A DNA stretch of 42,308 bases. Source: a virus. The notes beneath the pieces are model-generated. The model saw only the letters and a program-made list of their open reading frames with translations, was not told where the DNA came from and did not search any database. A program made the position numbers and the translations under genes. Shown here piece after piece: positions 1-9,200 of this stretch (position 1 is its first letter; each line of letters opens with the position of its first letter). The stretch covers positions 1-42,308 of IMG/VR virus record IMGVR_UViG_3300031673_000147; one strand, written 5' to 3'.

Positions 1-55
1 CCCGGCTGTGGAATGGAAAATAAGATTTATTAATCACTCCCCAGGATAAAGAGAG
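1..55. repeat. Terminal direct repeat, copy 1 (identical to 42254-42308)
   Basis: Read directly: cccggctgtggaatggaaaataagatttattaatcactccccaggataaagagag occurs at both ends. It carries the 3' end and stop codon of CDS 42116-42286. Confidence 0.95.
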
Positions 56-67
56 GGGGTTTTTATT

Positions 68-715
68 TTGACCTCAGACGTAATTATTAACCACTGCTTA
101 AAAGCTATTGGCGAGGATGACCCTGTCGCCCCGGTTGAAATGACCCGGGTTGAGTGTCTTCAACTGATTAATTTATTCTATCAGAACGAGATCGGGGAGC
201 GCCTCAAAAACCTACTCTCCTATACTTATGACGCCAGCGACGGGGCGCACACAATTACTTTAGGTATCGGAACATTACCAAGCGATTTTTTGCTTCCGTC
301 CAGGGTGTACGACGGAGACGCTGAAACTGATGACCCACTGGAACAAATTTTTGATATCGAAAACAAGGTTACTGACACGGATACAACGTCACAATATATG
401 ATTCCAAACACAACACAGTTATGGATTTTTGGGACGACTCCAACCAACACCATTAAACTCTATTACTATGTCAAGCCGACTGCTTTAACAGACAGCGCAG
501 CATCTTCGCCAACTGCATTAAAAGAAAAGTTTCACCTTGACCCGTTTATGATCCACATAAAAGAAACAATGGCAATTAGGAACGACTACCTAAAAGACAT
601 GTTTGACCTGAAATCTCTAAAGTTAGACATTCTTGATGCCATTGAAAAAGCGCACAGTGTAGAAAAGCACGATGATAGTACCCTTATCATCAAAGATGTG
701 TATGGGGTGTTGTAA
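68..715 (+). CDS. Virion structural protein, possible head-to-tail adaptor
   Basis: 215-aa ORF with a TTG start 9 nt after GAGGGGG. It abuts the next gene (TAA-ATG) and lies between the head genes and the large tail gene. No recognisable motif. Confidence 0.6.
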   Translation: MTSDVIINHCLKAIGEDDPVAPVEMTRVECLQLINLFYQNEIGERLKNLLSYTYDASDGAHTITLGIGTLPSDFLLPSRVYDGDAETDDPLEQIFDIENKVTDTDTTSQYMIPNTTQLWIFGTTPTNTIKLYYYVKPTALTDSAASSPTALKEKFHLDPFMIHIKETMAIRNDYLKDMFDLKSLKLDILDAIEKAHSVEKHDDSTLIIKDVYGVL

Positions 716-3700
716 ATGGCCTATGACCGCATAAGAACAAGACATGGCAGTAACCGTGGCCGCAATAACCAACCCCTGCCAATCGAGCAAAAGGACTGGC
801 GAGGGGTTAACTATGTAGACGACATCTACACTATGCCGCCGCAACACCTGCCATTTGCTCAAAATGTTGACCTGGGAGCGCCTATCGGGGCAATATCCAA
901 GGTGGCAGGGTATGAATCCCTGTTTACCTCCCTTGGCGCCGGGAAGATTTTGGGCCTTCACGCCTGGGAGCACTCTGACGGCGACAAGCTGATCGCAGCC
1001 TGGGACAAGTACCTTTACCTGCTGTCCGGCGCCTCCGGCAGTATCGCCAAGACCTCACGGGCTGATTGGGATGCTGGAACCAAGACCAATCTTGATACCG
1101 CTACCAGCCCTGGTGATGTGAAAATGGCTAAAACCGGGACTGATTTTAGCGAAGCGGACACATTAACCGCCGATTTCAACGGAACCCACAGCAATACCGT
1201 GGCGGCAACCGACTCGGTTAAATTGACTATAGAAACGGTTCAAGAGTATGGGATTGTTTCTTTAGGTGCTACATCTTCACAGTATAATGGGGATAATGAC
1301 ACTGAGCAAGGTTGGAAATTTACGGTAGGGGCATCAAATATAATAGTTTCTAAATTACGGGTGTTTTGGGCTAAAGCCCAAAGTATCACCCTGCGTTTAT
1401 GGAGAGTGAGTGATTCTGCTTTACTAAGTTCAGTAACAGTCACGGCAGCAGATAGTTCTTGGGTAGTGGGCAGTATATCCCCTATCACTCTGACAGCAGG
1501 GGCTTCTTATGTTGTTTCTGCCGGTGCGCCAATGTCTCCTTATGCCACCTATCGTTATATTGCAAAAGCAAGTAATACTTATAATTCCAAGATAACCTGC
1601 AATGAAGGAAGATATTATCTAAACATAGGTTACTACCCTTCAGTCATTATTGATGCAAATATTTTTGGCATTACAGACATCGGAATTGACGTGACCGGCT
1701 ACAACGCGTCAGGGACGTATACGCATACCGTCCAGAACATCAGCGGAGTAGGGGTGGTTAAAACCTCTACAATCACCTTTAACAAGACAGTTCCGGCAGG
1801 AACAACACTCACTATAGAGGTGAGGATTTCAACAGACGGAGGTTCCACATGGGGATCGTGGACGGCTAAAAATACTGGTGATTCATTTATTACTGCCGGC
1901 ACTGATATAAGTAACTACCGTTTCCAGTGGCGTGCAAATTTATCCACCACAGATACCAGCGCCACACCGACGCTGGCCGATGTTACTATCAGTGTGACTA
2001 CTGCCTACTACACAGCAGGCGTTTGGCTTTCTCCCGTCTTGGATATGGGCAATACTCCGATGGTAGCAACTCTTTCCTGGACACAAACAATACCCGCAAA
2101 TACAACGGTGACATGGTATGCCAGGGGTTCGAGTAATGGGACGGTGTTTGGAGATTGGCAGGAGATAACTGTCAGCGGTGACGCCATACCGTTATTGAGA
2201 TATGCCCAGGTTAAATTTGAAATGACCGGAACAATTAGCGCGACGGCGACGGTATCAGACTTTCTCATAGGTTATTCCACCTCATACACGCAAGCTAACC
2301 GGCTAGATATATCACCGCTGGGCAGGACTAGCAACCTACTCACAGGGAACCGTGTGAGGATGCAGGACTATGACGATAGGTGTTATTGTGCGGATGGCTT
2401 GAGGCCGTTTGTTTTATATGTAAACGACAACACGGCGGTAACAGGCACGGCGCAGTCTGGAACGAGCAGTACAATACGGTTAGCAGCCGGGGCCAGTGCA
2501 GTAAACGACTTCTTTAACAATGCGTTTGTAACAATTACCGGGGGCACCGGAGTGGGGCAGACGCGGTTTATCTCCGACTACAATGGATCCACAAAGGATG
2601 CTACTGTATCGGTTAACTGGACAACGAACCCTGACGCCACATCCACCTACTCTATCAACTCTGCGGTGAAGGCACGGAAGGCAGGGGTTGACCCTCCAGG
2701 AACTGCTCCAACCCTAGCAGATTCAACGGTAGCAGGGACACCAAACGGGGTTTATTACGGCAAAATTACCTTCGTCAACGCGGAAGGCTACGAATCAAAT
2801 CCGTCAAGTGCCTCTGCTTCGGTAACCGTAGCCAGCAAAAAAATCACCTGGACAGTTCCGGTAGATGCTTCAGCCGGTAAGACTACGGCAAAGCGGAAAC
2901 TATACCGTACTAAGGCTGGTGGGAGTGTTTATTACTATATCGCCACCGTAGCCGACAACACGACCACGGCTTACACGGACAATATAGCGGACGCCTCGCT
3001 TACCGTTCTGATGGAGGACAACAACAATATCCCGCCAAGTGCCTCCATTGTGTACGCGTTTATGACATACATGTTTTATGCCAGTGGTAGCGATCTGTGG
3101 TTCTCGAAGGTCGGAACGCCGGAGCAGGTCCCTAATATCACCGGGGACATGCAGGTTAATATGTTGCCGAGTGTGATATTGGACATCAAAAGCAGTCCAA
3201 TGGCGCTTATTCCCCAGGGTGAAAACTTTATTGCTCCGATCACGACGAATACCGGCTTTATTTTTGACTCTGATCCTACCGTGGATACCACGATAATGAG
3301 GCTGATTGATAAAAACGGATCGCTGTCATTTGAAGCGTCTGATATTTGCATTGATCCGCAATTAAGGTCTATCCTGGTCTTTCCGACAAACACAGGGGTT
3401 AGGACACTTCTCCCCGGCTTACAGGAGGGCAGTATTGAGTCCACGCCGATGTCCCGGAATATCCAAAACTACTTTGACCGGACGGTCAACCGCACAAACA
3501 TGGCCGGGATATTCTTTAATAGCTACTATCTCATTTCGGTGGAGCATCACGACCCTGACGCGGCGGTAAACGAATACCTGACCTTTGCCTATGATTTTAG
3601 AACCAATGAGTGGTACGGACCTTGGACGTTCGGGTGCTCCTGCTACATTATTTCGGCTGGCGTTCTTTACGCTGGCGACCCGGCGGTGGGCAAGATTTAC

Positions 3701-4078
3701 CGAATGTTTACGGGTAGCTCCGGCGCCGGAGCAAACCTAAAAATGATCGCTGATTTACCGATGATATCACCAGGCGGTGAGAATCGGACGTACAGGTTTA
3801 ATAAATTCATGCTGATGTTGTCTGCTGATAGTGACACGAGCGTGACGACAGTCAAGCCAAAGGTGGACTCCAGGGAGGCTACTGTCAGCCTGGGAACTCT
3901 TACCGACACATTCACGGGAGATGTTCGCCCGGGCCATAATAATCTGCGGTCGAAGAAATACAAAATCCCCTTGTCGCGGGGGAATACGTTGTCTTACCGG
4001 ATTGAGGACGATAGCACACATCCGATCTCGATTCAGAAGGTTATTACTGAATGCGAAGTTTTGCCGTTGAAAAAGTAA
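716..4078 (+). CDS. Large tail / receptor-binding protein (nozzle- or fibre-like) with a DUF4082-like beta-sandwich segment
   Basis: 1120-aa ORF, beta-rich and rich in S/T/N/G. The segment GWKFTVGASNIIVSKLRVFWAKAQSITLRLWRV...ITLTAGASYVVSAG resembles the DUF4082 pattern. It is the only very large late protein besides the ejection protein. Confidence 0.75.
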   Translation: MAYDRIRTRHGSNRGRNNQPLPIEQKDWRGVNYVDDIYTMPPQHLPFAQNVDLGAPIGAISKVAGYESLFTSLGAGKILGLHAWEHSDGDKLIAAWDKYLYLLSGASGSIAKTSRADWDAGTKTNLDTATSPGDVKMAKTGTDFSEADTLTADFNGTHSNTVAATDSVKLTIETVQEYGIVSLGATSSQYNGDNDTEQGWKFTVGASNIIVSKLRVFWAKAQSITLRLWRVSDSALLSSVTVTAADSSWVVGSISPITLTAGASYVVSAGAPMSPYATYRYIAKASNTYNSKITCNEGRYYLNIGYYPSVIIDANIFGITDIGIDVTGYNASGTYTHTVQNISGVGVVKTSTITFNKTVPAGTTLTIEVRISTDGGSTWGSWTAKNTGDSFITAGTDISNYRFQWRANLSTTDTSATPTLADVTISVTTAYYTAGVWLSPVLDMGNTPMVATLSWTQTIPANTTVTWYARGSSNGTVFGDWQEITVSGDAIPLLRYAQVKFEMTGTISATATVSDFLIGYSTSYTQANRLDISPLGRTSNLLTGNRVRMQDYDDRCYCADGLRPFVLYVNDNTAVTGTAQSGTSSTIRLAAGASAVNDFFNNAFVTITGGTGVGQTRFISDYNGSTKDATVSVNWTTNPDATSTYSINSAVKARKAGVDPPGTAPTLADSTVAGTPNGVYYGKITFVNAEGYESNPSSASASVTVASKKITWTVPVDASAGKTTAKRKLYRTKAGGSVYYYIATVADNTTTAYTDNIADASLTVLMEDNNNIPPSASIVYAFMTYMFYASGSDLWFSKVGTPEQVPNITGDMQVNMLPSVILDIKSSPMALIPQGENFIAPITTNTGFIFDSDPTVDTTIMRLIDKNGSLSFEASDICIDPQLRSILVFPTNTGVRTLLPGLQEGSIESTPMSRNIQNYFDRTVNRTNMAGIFFNSYYLISVEHHDPDAAVNEYLTFAYDFRTNEWYGPWTFGCSCYIISAGVLYAGDPAVGKIYRMFTGSSGAGANLKMIADLPMISPGGENRTYRFNKFMLMLSADSDTSVTTVKPKVDSREATVSLGTLTDTFTGDVRPGHNNLRSKKYKIPLSRGNTLSYRIEDDSTHPISIQKVITECEVLPLKK

Positions 4079-4100
4079 AAGCCGCCTTTCGGGGCGGCTT
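4079..4100 (-). terminator. Rho-independent terminator for the minus-strand moron; the hairpin also closes the tail gene
   Basis: AAGCCGCC-tttcgg-GGCGGCTT perfect 8-bp stem. The T-run lies on the minus-strand side (plus strand gaaaaagtaaaa). Confidence 0.7.
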
Positions 4101-4106
4101 AAAGCT

Positions 4107-4487
4107 TTAATGTGAGGGTTTTGTTTCGATGTAACCGCTTTTAGTATTTGTATCCCATATAATATTCACGCCGAACGCTTGAGAAATAAACCCGAGTGGT
4201 ACATTGTAGTTAAGTAAATCTGTAATAAGCCTAAGCGGGATTCTTATTTCACTATTAGAGAAATAAGAATTTTTATCAGGTGTTAATTCTTCATTGTTGT
4301 TATTAGGTATAAACCTAAAACTTCCCTGATGTTTTGCCACAGCCCGATTCATTAAAGCCTCGGCGGTTGGATTAACGTAGGAATTGCCGTTAGTGTAGTC
4401 GTAAACGGTAGTATCAGCAAAACAAGTACCTTGCAGTGAAAATAAAATAACTAAACAAATCACGCACACAAAAACTTTTTTAAACAA
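4107..4487 (-). CDS. Secreted small protein (moron): signal peptide plus C-terminal copper-amine-oxidase-N ('stalk')-like motif
   Basis: TTG start 7 nt after AGGAGG. N-terminus MFKKVFVCVICLVILFSLQGTCFA|D looks like a signal peptide. C-terminus IPLRLITDLL..VPLGFISQAFGVNIIWDTNTKSGYIE resembles the Cu_amine_oxidN1 pattern. The gene has its own promoter and terminator and runs opposite to the flanking late genes. Confidence 0.8.
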   Translation of the reverse strand: MFKKVFVCVICLVILFSLQGTCFADTTVYDYTNGNSYVNPTAEALMNRAVAKHQGSFRFIPNNNNEELTPDKNSYFSNSEIRIPLRLITDLLNYNVPLGFISQAFGVNIIWDTNTKSGYIETKPSH

Positions 4488-4511
4488 ATGTATTCCTCCT
4501 TTTTTGTTTTA

Positions 4512-4540
4512 ATATTAAACCCAAAAGTAAGTATTTACAA
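4512..4540 (-). promoter_or_regulatory. SigmaA-type promoter of the secreted moron
   Basis: Minus strand reads TTGTAA-17 nt-TAATAT, about 20 nt upstream of the RBS. Confidence 0.55.
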
Positions 4541-4548
4541 GAAAATTT

Positions 4549-4574
4549 GCCGCCTCCGGGCGGTTATTTATTTC
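4549..4574 (+). terminator. Hairpin with T-rich tail (terminator-like insulator upstream of the ejection-protein genes)
   Basis: GCCGCC-tccg-GGCGGT followed by tatttatttc. Confidence 0.4.
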
Positions 4575-4596
4575 AAAAAAAACGGAGGTGTTTAAA

Positions 4597-5412
4597 GTGG
4601 CTCTTAATAACAACTATAACCCGTACAACCCCTTGGGAACTTCAGCGCTGGCGAATTTAAGGATTGCGAATACTGCTAGTGGTGCAGGAAGAAACAATAT
4701 TTCTCCTGACGTTGGGAGGTATCCTGGTATTTATACCGGGCCAACCACTGTTTACGATTACACCGGCGGGAATGCCTATGTCAACCCAACCGCCGAGGCT
4801 TTAATGAACCAATCTGTAGTTAAGTACCCAAATAATAATACGGCTGGAAACGGGCAGGGAGCGAATAAATATGCTCCTTCCGGAGCAACTACACCCACAC
4901 CCCTGTACCCAACCCCACCCGACCCAACCCCAAATTACACGATGCCAACAGTCCCGAGTTTATCTTGGGAAGAAGCTCAAGCACGGGCAAAAGGTATGTT
5001 TCAACCCCAATACGAACTTGCCAGGATGCGTAGCGAAAAGCAATTTGCCGATCAGCGTGCGAGGCTTCCGGGGTTACTTAACGCCAGGGGGTACCTCTAC
5101 GGTGGCAAGCGGGAGGCCGGGGAAAACAACCTAACGCAAGACCAGGCCATGACACTAAACCAATTAGATACCGACTTTGCAGCAAAAGAAGCTTCTGCGG
5201 CAAGCTCTATTTATAGCAATGAACAGGCCGCAGCCAACACACTGCTTTCCCAGCTCATTACTCAGAAAAACAACGAGAATCAGGCGGCATGGAATACTTG
5301 GAATACGAAGTACAATGCGGCATTCCAGGGGGCGCAGGGCGATAAAAACCGGACTATTCTGAAAAATACAGCGATGTCGAAGTGGATTGACTATTTCCTT
5401 GGTAACGAGTAG
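4597..5412 (+). CDS. Internal virion / ejection protein 1 (low-complexity, P/Q/N-rich)
   Basis: The ORF is open from 4588. The GTG at 4597 lies 8 nt after GGAGG. Composition and position ahead of two further ejection-type proteins match a T7 gp14-16 or P22 gp7/20/16 style trio. Confidence 0.7.
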   Translation: MALNNNYNPYNPLGTSALANLRIANTASGAGRNNISPDVGRYPGIYTGPTTVYDYTGGNAYVNPTAEALMNQSVVKYPNNNTAGNGQGANKYAPSGATTPTPLYPTPPDPTPNYTMPTVPSLSWEEAQARAKGMFQPQYELARMRSEKQFADQRARLPGLLNARGYLYGGKREAGENNLTQDQAMTLNQLDTDFAAKEASAASSIYSNEQAAANTLLSQLITQKNNENQAAWNTWNTKYNAAFQGAQGDKNRTILKNTAMSKWIDYFLGNE

Positions 5413-5425
5413 GGGGTGGGTGTGA

Positions 5426-6226
5426 ATGGCAATGGATTTTTCGCAATTTGACCCTGACATGCAGGACACGATCAAGCAGGCACAGCAGATAGCGGGATTT
5501 ATTAAAGCCTCCCGTACCCAACAGAGGACACAGCCGGTTACAAATGCCTTGTCGGGGCTGGGCGAACAATACAAATCTGCCCAGACCGACGAACAGCGTC
5601 AGTCGGCAAACACCTTGGCGAACCTGACCAGGGGCAATTATCTTGCAGGAGGCGGTTCTCCAGCAGACCTTCCTTCTCAAAATTGGGGCAGTGATCCTTC
5701 ACAGGGGTTCCAAACCTCAGAAGGATTTCAGGCGCCCATAACAGGTTATGAGGGATTAAAGCGACCCGATGCCATATCTAATAGGCGCCAGGCTTTTATG
5801 GATATGTTTGAGAAGCAGAAGTGGCAAGCCACTCCGGAAAGCCAGGATTGGTACCTCCCAGCAGCTAAACAGCAGGCAGAGGCTACTCTTGCGAATACGC
5901 GAAGAAGCGCAAACGCTCCTTATGGTGGCGGTGGAGGCGGTACAAGTAAACCTAGCCAAACAGTTACCGACCGGGGGAATTACGGATCTGCTCTGCAAGG
6001 CGTAGGCGACGCCCTTAAATCACTTGGCGGTGCTATGGGAAGCCAGCCATACGCAGATAGATATTCTACTGAATACGGGGTACTAGCTCCCGTCCAGGTC
6101 ATTGAAAAACAGATCAACACACAGAGGCCACAACTAATCTCGCAGGGGATTGACCCGGACAAGTTAATCAATGAGGCGTACCAAATGGCCTACGGGAAGA
6201 GCAGGAAAGATTACTGGGGTCAATAA
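5426..6226 (+). CDS. Internal virion / ejection protein 2 (Q/G-rich)
   Basis: 266-aa ORF, ATG after a GGGGGTGGG tract. Low-complexity sequence with a GGGGGG tract. Assigned by synteny. Confidence 0.7.
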   Translation: MAMDFSQFDPDMQDTIKQAQQIAGFIKASRTQQRTQPVTNALSGLGEQYKSAQTDEQRQSANTLANLTRGNYLAGGGSPADLPSQNWGSDPSQGFQTSEGFQAPITGYEGLKRPDAISNRRQAFMDMFEKQKWQATPESQDWYLPAAKQQAEATLANTRRSANAPYGGGGGGTSKPSQTVTDRGNYGSALQGVGDALKSLGGAMGSQPYADRYSTEYGVLAPVQVIEKQINTQRPQLISQGIDPDKLINEAYQMAYGKSRKDYWGQ

Positions 6227-6241
6227 GGCGGTGATTATTAA

Positions 6242-9200
6242 ATGGCATGGGACTTTACAGGTGGAATAGGCACTAGTAGCAATGAAGAAAAGAAGAAAAA
6301 AAGTTCTTCATGGGATTTCACTGGTGGATTAGACTTTTCTTCAGTCACAGAAAAATCGGTAATATCCGATATCCCCGGCGAAGGATCCCCCGAGATAAAG
6401 CGCCTTGCCAGTGAGTTATTCGTGGATGCACCAACTCCGACTCCAGCACCGAAGCCAACCCCGGAGCAGTTGCACCCCACACTCTGGAAACTCACCACGC
6501 CCCTCCGGGCTATATTTGAGAACCCCTGGATGGAACGGGCAGGTCAAGCCGGGTCGGAAGTCATGGGCATGATGGACCGTCCGGACAAGGTTACTACCGG
6601 CAGTAAATTCGGTGATATCTCGGCTGACTTGGCTGGCGGACTGATGGGATTTGCCGGTAACCCTGCCAGCGTAGGAGCAAAGTTGTGGGGCGGCACGGAG
6701 CAGGCCATTAGCGGAGCCTTGCCGCTTATCCCCAAACTTAACGTACTTCCGGCGATAGCACAGACCGGCTTAAAGATGGGGGCGACCACGTTACCCTATG
6801 AGGCAACCAGGGCTATAGCTAACGACAGACCATTTGACGCTGGCGAGGCTGGAACTGCGGCGGCATCTAATGCACTGTTGGGTATGTTGTTGCATGGCGG
6901 CGGGAAGGCGCTGGCATCGTTCAGGAGGCCCGGGGTGGTATCGCCGGTTCCCGATGTAGCTATTCCGGGACGGGCTCCTGGAGTTAACCCCCCGGTAGTG
7001 CCAAGATTAAACGACTTCGCCACGGGCAGGGACTTCTCCGTCCGGACAGATCGGGGAATCACTCAGGGTGAATTGGCGGCGTTTAAGGGCGCACCGGCGC
7101 GAAGTGGGGGGCGCGTTTACACGCAGCCGAAATTCTCCCCGGTAGAAGCTATGAACGCCAGAAATGCGCTTTATGAGGCGGCGGGGGTTAAGCGGGAGTT
7201 AGCGCAAGGCATATTAGAACCATGGCAAATGACAAGGGTAGATTTTAACGAGGGCCACTTTCTGCAAGGGACACATGGAGCGAATGCTGCTAAAATAAGA
7301 GATAGCGGTGGCGTAAATAAGGGATTTTATATTTTAGCATCAGAACCCAATGCCATGAAAACAGCGTCATGGTATACAAAAGGTGGTACGCAGAGGCGCG
7401 GTATTGGGGAAACTGATTGGACAAAAACAAGACCCGGGAGTGTTTTCGTTCTTCCTTCTAAAGAAGAATATGGTCATATTGATATGATAAAAGGCTTAAG
7501 AGAACAGGGCGGTCGGATGATTGGCGGCAGTAATTACCCATACAAAACCATACCATATGTGGCCGAGATTCCTCCGGGCGTAGACCCACACAAGTTTTTA
7601 GTTGAAAAAGCTATCACTGAAGGAAAGCCAGTTCCAGCAAAAGTATTAAAAGACTACCCAGATCTACAAGCAAAGGCAGTGGGTACCCCAGGGAAAGGGT
7701 TTGCGTCGAAGCCTGCACTTCCACCGCTGAGGCCAATAGCCCCCAATGGGATACTTGGGCCGGGCTCGATCAGTGCGGCGAAGTTTACTATTCCTAAGAA
7801 ACAGTCTCTTATTCCTGGGACGAATGATCGTGTCCGGTCATTCCATGTTACGGGTATGAAATCTCCTATTACCGCGCCGGAAACAAAATCCGGCTTACTG
7901 ATGGACGTTTATGAGGGAGGTCCTGGCGTTTACCAGCGCATTTCTCATACTCAGACGGAGGCGGGGGCAAAGCAATACTTAGCAGAAGAGGGGCTTGATA
8001 AGTCCATTAACTACGTCCTGCACTCTAAGGACGTGTCCTCTTACAAGACGGGCCTTGCTAAGGAAGTTATCACCGAACTTCAAAACAAAGGCGGCATTAA
8101 CCAAGCTCTTGATGTTTATGAAAGTATGGCCGAACAGTTAACCCGGGCTGGCCAAATGACCGAGGCGGCAAAACTGTTCAATGCGCTTACCCCTGATGGC
8201 GTAGTCTTAAAGGCTACCCGGGATATTAAAAAGGCCGCTGAACAACTTCCTGCCGGAACGAAGAAGAAACACCAGGAAACGTCGCAGAAGGTACAGGAAA
8301 CCTTCGACCAGATTAACAAGGAAACGGTTGAACAGGTTATCGCGGAAACACCACAGCTTGACAAGATTCCGGCACAAGGTAAGCCTGGAATACCCCGTAC
8401 CGGAGATCAAACTGGTGGGCAGCCGAAGGAGAAGAAAGGACCTGCCCCTGCTGAAATGCTGGCGCAGCGGGTGAAACAACACGTTGCCGAACCGAAAGAA
8501 GGGGAAGCCGATCCTATTAAGGATATGGTGAATACCCTCTTTAAGAAGGCTAAAGAGGTTTTGCCGGAGCAGGAAGTTAAGCGCATCCCCCGTGACGAGA
8601 TGGAATTTATCAAAGAGGCTATTGCGAACAAGCAAAAGTATGGAACTGTTTGGAATGAGGCCAAAAAAGTCTTACAGGCCAAATACGGCGACAAACCCGA
8701 AGTTATGAATAGTGTCGAATCCTTTATCAGTCATTACCTTAATATTCCCTATTCTGAAAAATCCATCGGGAAAATTACCCGGGCGGGAATCAGGGGGGAA
8801 GAAATCGACCTTGCCCAAGTGGTACGCCAGCACTACACGATGCAAGATAAGACCGGCAGGGACTTGGTTAAGAAACTGGTGGACTTCGGCAGCCTGCCGC
8901 AGCGTGACGCCGAAATACTGGCGCTGGAAATCGGGACTAAGTTTGACGAATTGGCGGCCAGGAAGAAACAGCAGGTACTTGACCAGATATTTAAACAACG
9001 TGGACCAATTCAACGTAAACCTATTGACCAAAAAATCATTGAATGGTCAAACATGGGGGCACTGAGCGACGCGCAGTACAGGCGGCTTGTGGCTGAGAAG
9101 ATGGGGCTGCCGGTATTAACCGACGACGTTGCAAACTCCCTGCGAAAGCTTGCCAATGAGGCGCAAACGTCAACGGGCAGGAAAGCTGAGATTCTTCGGG

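Noticed and set aside
716-4078. A diversity-generating retroelement target in the tail protein.
   Set aside because: No reverse transcriptase gene and no template-repeat copy of any tail-gene segment was seen.
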